This document shows positions 26,601-42,000 of a stretch of DNA of 64,000 nucleotides, one piece after another. The DNA lies in assembly GCA_001938485.1 (NCBI GenBank), contig MQRK01229935.1, positions 12,615 to 76,614 of the forward strand, written 5' to 3'. Position 1 is the first letter of the stretch. Every line of letters starts with the position of its first letter. The translations under genes and the position numbers were made by a program. The DNA comes from Girardia tigrina. Taxonomy: Eukaryota. Below the pieces are notes generated by a model. The model was given only the letters and a program-made list of their open reading frames with translations. It did not search any database and was not told the DNA's origin.

Positions 26601-29600
26601 ATGTAAAATTTTAGTCACGCAATTTTACAAAACAATCACCAAAAAATTTATTAATATAGAGAATGGATAAACACAAATTCAGTAATAATTGTTCTTTTTT
26701 TGTTTTAATCTATCATATATATTTTATCAATTGAAATCAAAACAAATAGAACTATGAATTAGAGCTTCAAACAAAAATTTCGTCAATTTTAAAGGGAATA
26801 TAAAACTCAAATTTAGAAATTTTATTGTCGTTAAAAATACGATTTTAATACGATTGTTCAATGATGTTAAAGAATAAATATAAAATTATTCCATTATAAT
26901 TAGTTTGACAGATGTTTTTTATCGGTTCAAGTTTATAATATGTTAAGGCAGTCATCATAACTTTATGGTCAAAATAGAAATTCTATGTTTATAAGTCTAT
27001 GAATTGGACAACGTCCTACAAGATTGTTGTAAAAATGATTTAACTGAAATATAATGTTTTAATAAACTCCTTTTTATTTATTGTAAATATAAAAATAATA
27101 TTATTAAATCAAATGGATTAAATAAACTATATTCACGAATAAACAACAAATAACGCACGGATAAAAAAGAAAGATATGAATGAGGATCACAACAAACAAG
27201 AGAGGGTTTCATGAAGAATGTTATGAATCAATGTTAGTTTAAAAATGGTATTTGATCGTTGTAGTTGATGTGGAGGATAATTGATTCGTTCGATGAGAAA
27301 ATTGGAGATAAGATTGAGATTTGGTTATAAACGGAGAAAGAGAGATAAAGCGATTCGAACAAATCCGGGAGAGTTTCTGATTGTGCAATGTTCCCAAACA
27401 ATATGAATTTTTCAATTATTAAATCCCAACCTATCATTCATGTTTCAGTATTCCAAGTGATAAATTCAGTAAAGATAATTTGCGAATAAATTACATAAAT
27501 CCTCTTCATAAATTAACGAACAAAAAACTCAATTTATAATTATATTTATAATTTAATATTTGTATTTATACTTAAAATATATAAATAAATAATAAAATAG
27601 GCCACTAAAATTGTATTTCAAGGAGATTTTCTCAATCATAAGTAAAAACCTTCGAAATAGAATATTCTTTTATGAACTTTGTGTATTGGTAAATAGTTAA
27701 CATGCCCATGCAGGATGATGGAATTCTTTTTTACTTTCTTTATGAACTTTAATCTTATCCCCCAATTTAGTGACTCATTTATTAATTTCCTAATTTGTTT
27801 TAAACTAAAACATTACTTTAAATGCCTTGAATATCCTAACAAAATTAATAAAGATGGAGACTCGTTATGACTTTTTTTCTCAACTCTAATCACAAGATGC
27901 AATGCTTAATATAGAGTCGGATTTTATAGTACTTTATCGATACGGAAGAGTTCGATTCAGATGCTCAGGATGAGTTCCTGACAGCATACAAGCATGAAGA
28001 TTAGGAACAGGCGTAAGGAATAAGAATCGCGAAGAGATGTCAACGGTCACTTAATTTAGGGGCTGAGAAAGTATAGGAGAAAAATAACCGTAAGGAATTG
28101 TATTAGGACTGAGTCTGATAAAAGAATATTTGAGGAATGATGGTGGAATAGTTTATAGGTATACATTTTTAGAATCCATCACATTTTTAATGGCGTGATT
28201 TACGACTTCTTGATGTTACTACATAGATAACATTTATTATATCATCACAAAAATTGGTCTTTGAGACTAAGCGAAAATTATAATTTACAGAATTTTAGTA
28301 TTTGATTGTTCTAGCTCCCTAATTTAGTATTAACGAAAAGCCTTCCCCATTTTTCCTTATATGAACCAAGTTTCAAATTTTACACTGTTAAATACCATAT
28401 TAAATTGTATTTTATTTTGTATTATATTTTTTCAAGACTGTTACAATTCCTAAACCACTTCAATTTTAGTAGGCTAAACGTTCGCATGAATCATAAGGAT
28501 TAGGCTCACTACAAAATGCGTTGCTCTAGAGGCACTTTTAAGTCAAAATATTTAATATTATAATAAAAATAATTAATTATTTTTGACATATTTTTAAAAA
28601 TCTTTAACAATTGAAAAATTGACAAATATATAAATAATATTTAAAATCTTACACAAATATAAATTTAAATACTTCATTAAAAACATTTAAAAGTTGCCCA
28701 AAATAGCGTTTTATATTTGTTTTTATATTTAAATTAAATTTTTAATTAATTTTTGAAGAATTCACAAAAAAATCGTTTTTTTATTCTTTTATTTTTACAA
28801 CTATTAATTAAAAACAATTTTAAATAATTATTATTGTTTTTTAATATTTAAAAAGTATTGTCCTAAAAGGATAAAAGAATAAAATTACAAAATCGTAAAT
28901 TATATAATTACACATTAAATAATATAAAAATAAAAGAAAACATTTTATAGTAATTAAAGTATCATTATTTTATACTCAAAAGATAGTGTAAAAACAGTCT
29001 AGTTATGATGAAAAATGCTTTGAAATTATCATGTTTCCGTTTGCGGACAATTTTTGTACCTAATAAGTCCAGTTCAGATCCAAAAACTATTTCATTTTTG
29101 AAAAAAATCTAATATATATTATGTTGATGCATAAGTTCGTGTGATTTTATTTATATTTTACTCATTAACCCTACAATGCGCCGTGATTCATATTTGAATC
29201 AACCATATTTTACCTCAATATTTTTTAATCACGTGATATTCTTTGAGTGTTTACATACTGTGAACCAAAAACATTGTCTATGGAATGATAACTGCCCATA
29301 AAGTCATAGATGCAATATATTTTGTCAACAAAAACGACAGTTCCATTTTCCCCATAAACATATTTTTTTATGATAATTAAAGAAAATTGCGCATTGTAGG
29401 GTTAAAATGGAGTGTCCAGTAAATAAAAATGAACATTCCTGGCATCAATTCATTTCCTATTTTATTCAACATTTAAAAGCTGCAGAAACCACCAGAATAA
29501 TTTATTGATTTGATGGAGAATGGTGAAAGAACAGCACAAAAGTGGTTTTCGAAATTCAACTGTAGAAATTTTGATTTAGACAATGGACCTCGGTCATACC

Positions 29601-31373
29601 GACCTAGTGACTTTGATGAAGACTGTTTGCACCAATTAATTCATGTTGATCCGCGCCAATCGACGCGTGTGTTTTGAAAAGCCATAAATTGTTTTCACAC
29701 CACTATTTTTCGGCATCTCGAAAAAGAAGGAAAAGTTCAAAACTTGGATAATGGGTACCTCACCTTCTCAAAGAAAGTCACAAAAATCAACGTGTTTTCA
29801 TTTCTGTATCTTTACTCGTTTGCAATCTATCGGCTGTGCATCAGAATCAATCTTACCTTTCCAGAGTCGTCACAGGTGATGAAAAAATGGTATGTGTCTG
29901 TAAATTTGGAACACAAAAAAGCTTGAATAAGTCCTCAAAAGAAACCATAACTACATGCTAAATCCGAAGTTCATTAATGCAAAATCTTTTTGTGTGTTTG
30001 GTGAGACCAAGTTGGTGTTATTCATTACGAAATTTTGCCAAAACCAAATAATAAATTTCTAACTTTATTGTGAACAACTCAAACGAGTAAATACTGCAAT
30101 CGAAACGAAGAGGACCTATAAGAATTTGATAATTTACAGCATCACAATGCTCGGCTACATGTCGTGGCAATGACAAGTTGACTATTGAAGGGCTTGTCTG
30201 AAACGTTCTTCCCCATCGATCGTAATTTTTCGACTTAACCTCAACTGATAATCATCTTTTTTTTCTGGTCTCACCTTTGAAAACGAAGAAGCACTAACAA
30301 CGTGGATTGAAAAATTTTTTTACCAAAAATCACCAAGCTTCTTCAAACGTGGGATTGACAAACTGACAGAACGGTTGGAGGAAGTGATTGATTGTGGTGG
30401 AGAATAACTCAGCAATTGAGACTGAGATTTTTGTTTTTTTTTCTAATTTTTTAATTAAATTCATTTTGTTATCTGGAATTTTTCGCATGGTTTTTATTCA
30501 TGATTAGAATGCATTTTTCATAATTGTAAAAACTTAATTGAATTGTTGTAGAAAATGACAATAAATCATTCATGACGAGCACCTAATAACCAGGTGTTCA
30601 GAGGCAACCCAAAACAACCTTAGTCACTGCATGCTATACAAAATAACAAATATTTAGAGTATCGAAAACTGTGTTTCAGAGTTGTTCCTCGATTCGATAA
30701 ATGTCAAATAACTAAGGATTTTAGGAATAACATTTCGAGACGTTTTAGAGTATGACACCACACTCAGCGTATATTTTAACCATCTTTGGAAATTTGAAAA
30801 GGCCCAATTGACAAGCTTACGAGGATGCCTTCCCTGTTTTAGGACAGAAATAACATCATTCACATGGATTTCGTGGGTAAATGCATTAAAATCAATTATG
30901 TCTGTAAGAGTGAACTCTTTGCAACCGTGTTATAAAAAAAATAACATAGAGGAACACTCTATCATGTTTCCAGCAAAGGAATGCACCAGTACCCATGGTA
31001 GATGTTTTTAAAACCATAATGGAAGTTGCGATTTAATGCATGAACGATATACCGAAGGACTTTAGGTTTTCAGGGCACCAAAATAAGCAATTGTGAGGGT
31101 TAAGCATTCATTCCAACGACCACTCCAAGTTCTCAAAGAAAAGTTTCTTAGATGACCACCATTCAAATTTCTTAGAAAGAGAGTGGCTTTTTTGCAGAAA
31201 TGTGATGAGATAAATGACAGTAATGTTGAGAACGTCAGAAATGTTAACTCAGTTTTTTATAATTTAAAAAATAATAAAAAATTAACATGAATATAATAAA
31301 GTAAAATTATTAATAAACAAATTGCTAATCAATGATGATAATATTCCATTGATAAGTTTAAAAAAAATTCTAC

Positions 31374-31450
<77 letters not shown>

Positions 31451-34400
31451 GAATTTTGTCCTCAAGATTATTATAAAATATTCATATGTAAATAGGAAAT
31501 AATTAAAATACTCATTTTTAAATATGATTATAACTGGAAATATATAAATAATTTCCATTTATTATTTTTTTCAAAATAAACAAACACTTTTAAGCCTATT
31601 ATTATTTCTTTTCATTTCATTATCAAACAAAATGCGAAATAAATTCAAATTTTTAAATTCAATCAACCGAATTTATAAAATAAATACGATGCAAATTATA
31701 AATTATTTGAAAAAAAATTAATGAAAATGAAAGTGAAACTTTGGCAAAAAATTTTCTATATTTGATTAAATAATTTTTCATTTATCTTTTATTATTGTTA
31801 TAATATTTTTGTAATATTAATTTCTTCTTTATTTTATTAGAAAATTTTTATGTTTTGTAATTACTTATAATTATTTTAATTAAAAGGTAAATTAAGTATA
31901 ATTTGTATTTTTTTTCAAAACGTTTAATTTTATAATAAATGTTTCAGTTTGGAAATGTCGTTTTTTCCGTCGATCAAAATTTTTTGTTACAATGTCTCAA
32001 ATTGTCTCTTTTCTTTCTTCACGTTTGTTATTTTATACTTATATAAAATCGAAAAAAATATTAAAATAAAAATAAATATATATTATTATTTCCATTTTTT
32101 ATTTTTTGTATTTGACATTGTGAGGAATTATCATTATTATAATTTATCTTAATACTTTAATCTACTGAAATCAATATTAACAATTAGTTCTAGAATTTTC
32201 TTAAGTCTCTCAAAATTAATTTAATTAAATATTAAATTAATTAATGGTGTGTTGTTTAAATAATTGAGTGATGTACAAAATGTTGAATTTGGATTTAAAT
32301 AAATTGCTGTATCAATTATTCTTGCGTTCTAACCGATATTGTGATTGCATTTAAAACAATACATCATGGAGGATGTAATAAGTATAACCACAAAACAATT
32401 ATTAAGAACAGATTTATATATTATTCTAGTAAAATAAAAAATTTGTATAATTTCTAACATAAAACAATTATAATTTTTTTTTAATTTTAGATGTCTTATA
32501 GATTGGAATGATGATCAATTTAAGACTCTTTTTTTATTTTTAGCATAAAATCGCGGCTATATTAACCCAGAAGGAAAAGATCGAACGAAAATTCAACTTG
32601 AATCCAAAACTCGATCATCAAGTTCTTGTACCTCACAAGAGTACTGTAAAATTCTCAATTGTCTAAAACATAAAAGGATGGATGTTCCTTGGTAGGATGT
32701 AATTAAATAACACAAAATGAAACAAGAATGAAGAATTATGGAAAGGAAAGAGATTTAGGTGGGAATCCAAAGACTGAGGTTCAATATTATGCTTATCAAA
32801 AGTCAATTATTATTGAAGAGCCTAATGTTATTATAAAAAATAATTCATTGTAATAGTTTTAAATTTTTGTAAACGTTATTGAGGATTATGTGATCAATTA
32901 AAACTGTAAAATGTTCGTTATCTAAAAGAACAAAAGTTGAAATATAAATTGAGAAACTTTGATTTATAAATCAAAAATCTTCTTTTAGAAGAAAATCGCA
33001 ACTTTTTTTTCCTTTTTAACAAAATAGGTAATAGTTCATGTTTTCGTGCGAGTAATTTAACTTGTAGTACTTCTTTTGTCGAGAGATCTATTTTGTCAAT
33101 CCACATTTAGAATTCGTATTTAACGTATTGTGGATTTAAAATTTGTGAATGTGAAAAAGGAAAGAATGGTGCATATTCCAGAAGAGGGAAAGTAATGCAA
33201 GTTGTTTATGGAATTTCAAAAAGCATTTTATTATAATTTATTATTAGAATTTATATTTCAACATCCTTCGAGTTCAAAGAGTAATTATCGTTATCAATCG
33301 TTCACATGATCAGAATCTTAAACTGAATGTCAATTAGCGGAATTATTCTTCCTTGTTTTTAGTTATAAATAATTGTATTTATTTAATTAAAAAGATTAAA
33401 TTAAAAAAAAACCCATGTTTGAGAAACGGTGGGGAAAATTATTATTAAAACTATGATTTTTCGGTTTGAATTCAAACGTGATCAAAGGCTTCTTGTTTGG
33501 GGTTTGGAGCGTTAATTTGATTTGAGGTTGTATTTATTCATTCATTGTGCTTGGGGGAGTATCAGTCGACTTGAATCGTTCTGATTGGCTGGCACATTGG
33601 ATAAGATTTTGTGGGGATGGTGGGTCGGTGATTTCATTGGTTCAGTTCGATTTTCTTTTACTTACTTTTGTGAGTTGAAATTTGTTTAACTGACAAAATA
33701 GTGAAGAGACGATTTTTTCGATTGAAAAAGTTGAATAATTGAGATTATTTTTTGATTTGTGATCGTGCTGCTGTTTCTGAAACTAGAGGAAATCCCATAT
33801 AATTAAATAGATCTTTTAATTCTTGATTTCTAAGTTGATTCAGCGGTATATTTGAAGATAAGAAACCAAGAAGAAGCTTTCCGTAAATTCTTCGTTTGTA
33901 TCTTTTAAAAATGTCTGCTTTGAGACGCTTGGCGTTTCTTCAACAATTTTTTTCACGGATAAATGTTTCTTTGAACTTTTGTGTTTTATCACAGACGACT
34001 TTCTATCGACTTTGACAGTACAACTGCATATATTACAAAACAGTTCCGAATTTGCTCCGAGTACGAATTCTCTGGGAAACATATTTATATACCGTTGAAT
34101 TTTTATTGTTTTTTTATCAATTCTAAGACTCGTTTTAAATAAATATGTTGTTTAATGAATAGTTTAATGAATAGTTAAATTATATATATGATTTTTTTTC
34201 ATTTTTATTTAATAAAGTTAACAAAAAAAAGTTGCAAAATTTGCAACGTTTTGCAACCCGGTTGCCCTAGTTATCAATGATTTTATGAAACCTGGTTCGT
34301 CTATCTCAGCAGATGTCTACTGTGACCAAAAAAGACATGATGCGAAAACTCAAATAAAAACAGCTACGTTTGGTAAACTGGTCAACTCCCATCTTGCTCC

Positions 34401-35974
34401 ACAACAATGCAAAATCACGTACTGCACTTAAAACCGTGACAAAATTACACAGACTTGAGTTGAAACTTTTGCATAATAATCCTCCAATACTCACTAGACC
34501 TAGTCCCAATAAACTACTATTTCTGTAGATATCGAAAACATAGTTTTCTAAGAATTCATAGATTCTCGTCCACAAAAGTCTTATTCAAATGGCCTCAAAA
34601 AACTGCTGCTTAAATGACTAAAATGTGTCAATAATATTGGTGACATAAATCTTTGTATTGGTAAATTAACAGTAAACTTTGACTTTATTACTACAATTTT
34701 CATACTGAACGACCTAATAGTTAATTTGCCTTGTTTACTGATAGCTGTTTATAATACGTAGCAACTAAACTGGTCCATAATAAAAAATGTACGTTTTCTT
34801 TCTCCATGTTTCTTTAAGTGGATTACATAAATTCTCATATCTTTCATTTCTTATTTGCGACCAATGTTATTTTTTCATCTTTCATAACAATCGTTCATGT
34901 TTTACTTTTCTGACATGCTTCACTTTCTCCGATTAACTTATTTTATCATTTCATTTCAGTTTACCAAATCATAATTTTCTGCGTTGTACTTTGTTACTTT
35001 CTTTGCATCTGAGTGAGACAAAAATGTATGTATCCATGTGATGATTTTTTCTCTTTTCGATTCTGGTATCCAAATATTTCCCATGTTTGTCTTTATTATA
35101 TTGTCTTTGATCGTAAGTTTTTTGTCTTAACCCGACTTTATGTTTCTTTCAAGTTTATATCTGACTTCCTATTGATATTTGGATATTCCGGATGTTTCTA
35201 CTATATTTGTCATCCAAGTCTTGATGTTCTGTGTTTTAGCCTCTTCGTGAATCTTCAAGCATTCTGTACATGTGTCATGTGTATTTCTTGACAACATATC
35301 TATGTTCGTATGTTTTGTTCCTTTGCCAGTATTTTAGATGTATATCTAGACTTGATAAACAATTCATCTATCTTTCCAAAAACTGAAATGTTTTGCTACA
35401 ACACTGTATTGTGTAGTGAATCTGTGTGAATAAAAGTTCTGTTTATATATTAAACAAAAACATGGGGTGCCCTATACTTTTAGATTAGTAATATATATAT
35501 AATATAATGCAATTATAAATGATAATCAATTTCAATGATTGGATAAAATTTGGATTTTTTGTGAATTAATAATACATAATTGATAAAATCTTTAAAATAT
35601 TATATCTTAGTATCTTAATATTGTATCTTAACATCTGAGGGAAATTCTGAGGAAGTATATTATGATAGAGCTTTTCGAAGTAAATGCAATAAATATTACA
35701 ACAAATTGCTCAAAATACATCAATTTCTTTTTAAGATACGAGATCAATTGATCTTACTTGCTATCATAACTAGAATTATAAACATTATACATATATTTAA
35801 TATAAAAAGAACTCATTTCAAAGCAAGGGAATTAGTAATAAAGTAATTTTCCCAAAACATTAATTTAGCAACACAAATATTATTCATAAATCAAAGTCTT
35901 TAGTCAAAAACAACCGAGAAAACAAGTTTGCCAAAATAGTTATATTATTTTACTTTTGGAATAAATATTAGTTC

Positions 35975-36016
<42 letters not shown>

Positions 36017-39000
36017 AATTTAATTCTCATTTTAAATTAGATTAATCATAATTATATTTCATCATTTATCATTTTATATTAATCATAAATATTTTTTTTA
36101 AAATAATTTTAATTTAATAATTACAAAATAATTATTTGTTTTTCATTTCTTTTATAATATTTAATTATATTTATAACAAAAATTATATTTTAGATTCATC
36201 TTTTTTTGCCAAAATGAAATAATTATTTTTTTAATATGAAAATTGTTTTATAATAAATTATTAAGCTACATAAAATCCAAAATTGTTTATTTATTAGAAA
36301 AAAAATATAATTTTCAGTTAATATTTAATAGATAAAATATTTTTAAAAAATGACTTTTAAGATAATTTTTATGTGAAATAAAAAATAATAAGCGTTTTCA
36401 AAAACGATTTCAGAGATTTACTGATTATTTTCGCCAAATTTTAATTTAAAATACGAACTATTAAAAATTAAAATAAATTTTATTGTTGTTTTTTCATTCT
36501 TTTTTTCAACTGTGACATTTCAACTTGAAACGAAAAACACTTACTGAAACCGTTGATTCCTTTGTGTAGAAATTCTTACGAATCCTCATCGTTTTCTCCT
36601 GTGAATAATCTAAAATATAGCAGTCACATCAAACCGAATAATTTTATAAAATATATTTCAACATTAATCAACATTATCTCTACAAATCTTTTATTTTTAT
36701 CAAGATAATATAATCTTATAAATTTAATTAAAAAACCTAATAAAAATTAAATATTTAGATTTATACAAATATATATTTATATTTATATTTACATATTTAT
36801 CAAATCGATTCAAAAATTAAAAGTCAGTATCTTATTTAACAATTTTTTATAATTATTTAGTAATAATAAAACGGAAAAATAATTTTTAGTTCATCTATTA
36901 AAAAATTTTGATTACTTATAACGTATTTGGTTAAAGTTATTTATTTTGCAAAATAAATTGAAATTATTTAAAATTGTTTAAAATTAAAAAAAAATAATAA
37001 ACTAAAAAAGCATTTCTATTGAAGTTTATTTTTTACAACAAAAAAATAAATAAACTCTTTTAGATGGTTAAAATTTAATTGTCAAAACAAATTAAGAACA
37101 ATTAATGAAAAGAAAAGTATTATTGTTTTTTCTTATTATTAACACCAACGAGAAATGGAGATTATTGTGAATCTTATTCAAATAAGATTAACGTTTCATA
37201 TGAATATCGTTTCTTTTATTTCAAATTTGATGAGAATTGTTATTACCGAGTGTCTATGAATTTATGGGATAAATATTAGGAAGTTGATTTTTTGTTATTC
37301 GAAAAGGATGGACATCTTCCTTGACTAACGAAATATTTTGGATGTTGTAATTGTCAATATTGTGATACCTCATTTTTGTAAACGGATGATGTTTGATATT
37401 TTTACTTGTGTGTATTTATTTCCCCTTATTTCTTTTGGATGTACATAATTATTTTGTTCATTTTGTATGACGTGCTTTTTTTTATGTTTAACAAAACGTT
37501 ATCATTTTGACCTGTAAATTCCATTTTACGCTTTACAAATTATTTTTTTTGTTTTTATGATCATGGATTTTTTTTTGAAAACGAAAGTCGACATGCAAGA
37601 AATCAGATAATTTAGAAGACCTAGAAAACACCATATGAAACCTAAATATCAATCCAACTTTGATATGAATGTTAAAAAAACGATGTTCTGTTTTATATAT
37701 AATTAAATAAATCTCTCGAAAATTATTATCAAGAAAGAGAATCATTGTTGATTTAGCAGCTTCCATATGGATCACGCGTTTATTATCACTCACTAAATTA
37801 TTCAGTGTTGCGACCATCCAAAACAAAATTCAACTTTTAATAAGTCAACAGATGATCGTTCCTAAGATTCTGTTCCTCATTCTCGAATAATTCGCCAGTG
37901 ACAATAAATAAATCAGACAACATAGCACATCTAAAAATGATTGAATGAAACTCAGAATAGTGATCATATTAGTCGTTCTATCTGGCATTAAACGGCTTCT
38001 ATACATCAGTTAGCAAGAGATCACATAGCCGATCATTCCGATTGAAGACCTCATCAAATTTCAAGCAGTGATTTGATTAATTCAAGAAAAGATATCAAAC
38101 GATGATTCATGCGTTTTTGTTATAATAATTGTACATATTTATTTTCAATCAGAATTTATGCAATCAAAATCTGCATTTAAATAAAGAAATCAATAAAATT
38201 TTAAAATCATAAATAACTATTTACCGAAGTTTTTGATATTATGCTTGGATGTGTCGTTTGAAATTAAAAGTTTGACTTAGATCTGTATTTTTTATTTTTT
38301 GACTATTGTTTTTTATTTTGGTAATACAAAATTAGATTCATCCAATTTTGTAGTGACTTTTGGGTTAATCTAGTTAGACATTGTTAATTTATATATAATA
38401 GTAAAAATAGTGAATTTAGAAAATCAACGTATTCATTATTTTTACAAATATATTCCTTTGAAGTTGGGGTTCTGTTTTTCTTAAGCCAAGGTGTTTCGGA
38501 TTTCCATTAATATGAAAAAAAAGAACGTAAAGAAATAAATAACATTGAAATTGTCCTTTTGTATTCCAATATATATATTCGTTTGTTTAAACGAGTCAAT
38601 TTATATAGAATTAAAAAACTAAATAAAAATTATTACAGATTATCGATTTCATTTTTCAGTTAATTATTATCATTTGATTACAATCATTATATGAAAGAAT
38701 TGAGTTTTGTTGAAAACTTTGCGTTGAGCGAGTTTGCTGCTGTGATCTCAAAAACAGCGGAAGTTCCGATAGAACGCGTTAAATTGTTGCTTCAAAAGCA
38801 AGGGGAAATGTTGAGACAAAGTCTCATTGACCGACCTTACAACGGGGTGATCGATTGTACGATTTTCACATTTCGAAATGAAGGTTTAGTTCCATTTTGG
38901 AGAGGAAATATAGTAAATTGCATTCGGTATTTCCCGACGCAGGCGTGACATTTTGCCTTTAAAGATAAAATGAAAGTGATGTTTAATGCGTCGAAAAATA

Positions 39001-42000
39001 ATACATATTTTGAGAGTAATGCCGCTAGAAGAGAAAGAAAACGGCCCTCATTAGGGTCACAATTTATGATTGGAGGTTGTCGTTCAACGATTTCAGAGAG
39101 CGAGAAATGGCCGTCAAATGACCAAGCAAATTCAAATCAGCAGTAACACAAAGATTTTCTTCTTATTGAGTGGTAATTAATTATCCTTCTAATATTTTAT
39201 TATTAATATTTTTAAATGAAATAAATAATATAATTAAATAAAAACGTTTTTGATAATTGCTTGTCCGATAATGTGATTTAGGGTAACTATCATTTCTCAT
39301 CTGGTCATTTGTTCTCATGTAGTTTCATCTTCGGTCATTTCTCCTTCGATCGTCTCTCCTCCGAAATAAAACATTCTCACTGAAATATTTATAAATGCAA
39401 TTCAAAAGGAAACAGTTGCAATACTGATCTTCAAATACTCTCTTCAAATGATGCATTTAGGCAGAGAATGCAAAGAATAAAAATTCAAAATAATATTGAA
39501 CCTTTTCAATTTCATAATAGAGCTGAAATAGTAAATCTACATTGCATTAGTTTTAACAGACTCTTCAGGTAAAATCAAAAGCAATTTTCCATATTGTAAG
39601 CAATAAAAACACAAACTTAATTTAAAATATTTAAGCACTTAAAACACGGATTTGGTTTTATATACTTGAAAGTATTTGATTTTATTTTTTGTATGTCTCG
39701 TTTATAATACTTTTGTAAANNNNNNNNNNNNNNNNNNNNNNNNNNNNNNNNNNNNNNNNNNNNNNNNNNNNNNNNNNNNNNNNNNNNNNNNNNNNNNNNN
39801 NNNNNNNNNNNNNNNNNNNNNNNNNNNNNNNNNNNNNNNNNNNNNNNNNNNNNNNNNNNNNNNNNNNNNNNNNNNNNNNNNNNNNNNNNNNNNNNNNNNN
39901 NNNNNNNNNNNNNNNNNNNNNNNNATCATATTAAATTTTATTCATATTTATTTTGGTCCATCAGTTTTTTATCTTTTACTGGTCTAGAATTAAATGAAAG
40001 AGATAAGGTTGTCATTAGAGGTATTTTGAAGAAAATAACGTATTACACGACTTGATCTCTTATATTTATAATTATTATAATTAATTAAAATTGAAATCTA
40101 TTTTGGCCTTTAAACATTTTTTAGTTGTGTTATTAAATTTTCATAAAATCAAGGAATGGGATTCTCAAATCTCAGTGTCCTTTGGATTAGAAAAAATTCA
40201 TCATTCAAATAATTCTGATAAACTTAATTTTAACACAAACTTCGATATCGGTTTTTTAACATCAAATAAATTTTGTCGAGACAAAAATGATAAAATAATA
40301 ATAATAATAATTTCATTGTATATTTACTATATAATTCGAAGTTATCTCTTTAACAGGTGGCTCCGGGAAGAAAGAGGAAAAGAAAAGTGAAATGTTTTCT
40401 CGAAAATTTGTTGATTGAAATAATTCCAGTGGAAAATTAATTTGAAAATCAAATCCTGTGAGATTTATAATTTTCTGAGATGCGCCCGAAACAATTTTCC
40501 AAGGAAATATCGCAAAAAAATGATAATTAATACAACACATGTTTCTCTCTTTTTTCTGTATATATATAAGCATTATTGGAATAAGTTTTCTGACATCATT
40601 AAAACAATTTAAACATTATTCAAAAACTTCAATCTGAATGAGAATTTTTTTTGAAAAGATATATTTATTCATTTGAAAATATATTTAATGAAAATACATT
40701 TGGATGGATGAACCGTCATCTTCAGGTTACTGATTAATAAGTAATTCACCTGTATATAAACCCTTAAATAATCGATTGCATGAAATCATGCTAATCAAAA
40801 ATTCTCAATAAGCTGGTTGAGACTGCCGATTGAACATTGATTTTAGGGCAACGTGACCTAATTAACAATGCTTCACACGACACTCTCTCCCAATAACTAT
40901 TAAAAGAGTTTCACAGAATTTGGAAATTATCAATATTAAACATCACATTTACATTTTTTTCTATGTTCTGCAATATTACTCTTACTCTCTTTTCCACCAT
41001 GTTCTTGAATTCGTTTACAGAGATGACGGGCAGTCTCTCCAATGTATGTGGCATCGCACTCATTACATTTATATTCATAAACAATATCAGAACAAAGTGT
41101 TAAAGGTGTAATAGATTTATTACTGAACATATTTTGAATTTTATGAGATCGTGATATAATTTTTTTTAATTTAATTCATTGTTTGTTGCTTTTAACAATT
41201 TATTTTGAAAGTTTTCGAATCCTTCAGAATAAGGTAGAATAAGCAATACTTATGCATATTATTAATATTTAATGATACTTCAAATTCTCTCTTCATATAC
41301 AAGTGAATTAAATTATTAATCAGTAGCATGAAGATGACGGTTGATCCGTCGAAGTATATTGTCAAGAAATATTTGTTAATGGATAATGTTTTTTTAATTT
41401 AAACATTTGTTTTGTTTTTACTTAAATCTTTTTACAATTACTGTTTTTAAAGATTTAAAAAAAAGAATTCTTTAAACAACTTATGATATTTAATAACATT
41501 GAATGTAACAATGGTTTTAATTAAAGTAATATTTTAATTATTAATTAATGATACAAAATGAAAATAAATTTTAGTAATTGTAGGATAATAATTCATCCTT
41601 TCCCTGCTCTATACGCATTGAAATGAAATAAAAATTAGTACCTAAAACACTTTAATCGAGTACGCTTCACAAATATTTTTATTGGCGCCATAAAATAAAA
41701 CATACATATAAATAGAAAGTATTAAAATATAAATAAATAAGCTTATGTTTAAAATCTGCCAAAACGTTTTCCTCTATCTTTTATTATAAAATAAATTTTC
41801 ATATTAAATATATTTAAACATCGGTAATTATCTGTTCAGCATTAAAGTATAAAATATTTTTATTGGTTTAGTCTTTCAAAGTGGAACTGAAATAGAATTG
41901 CCATAGAACTGAAATGAATGGAAAGGATAAATAGTTTTTAAAATGTTTAATAAAATAACTAGATTTAAATATATAATAAAAGAGAATAACGCAATTTTTC

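Noticed and set aside
32119-32410. TGTGAGGAAT as a sixth copy of the TG...TA family
   Set aside because: No matching internal boxes, right end or target duplication found.
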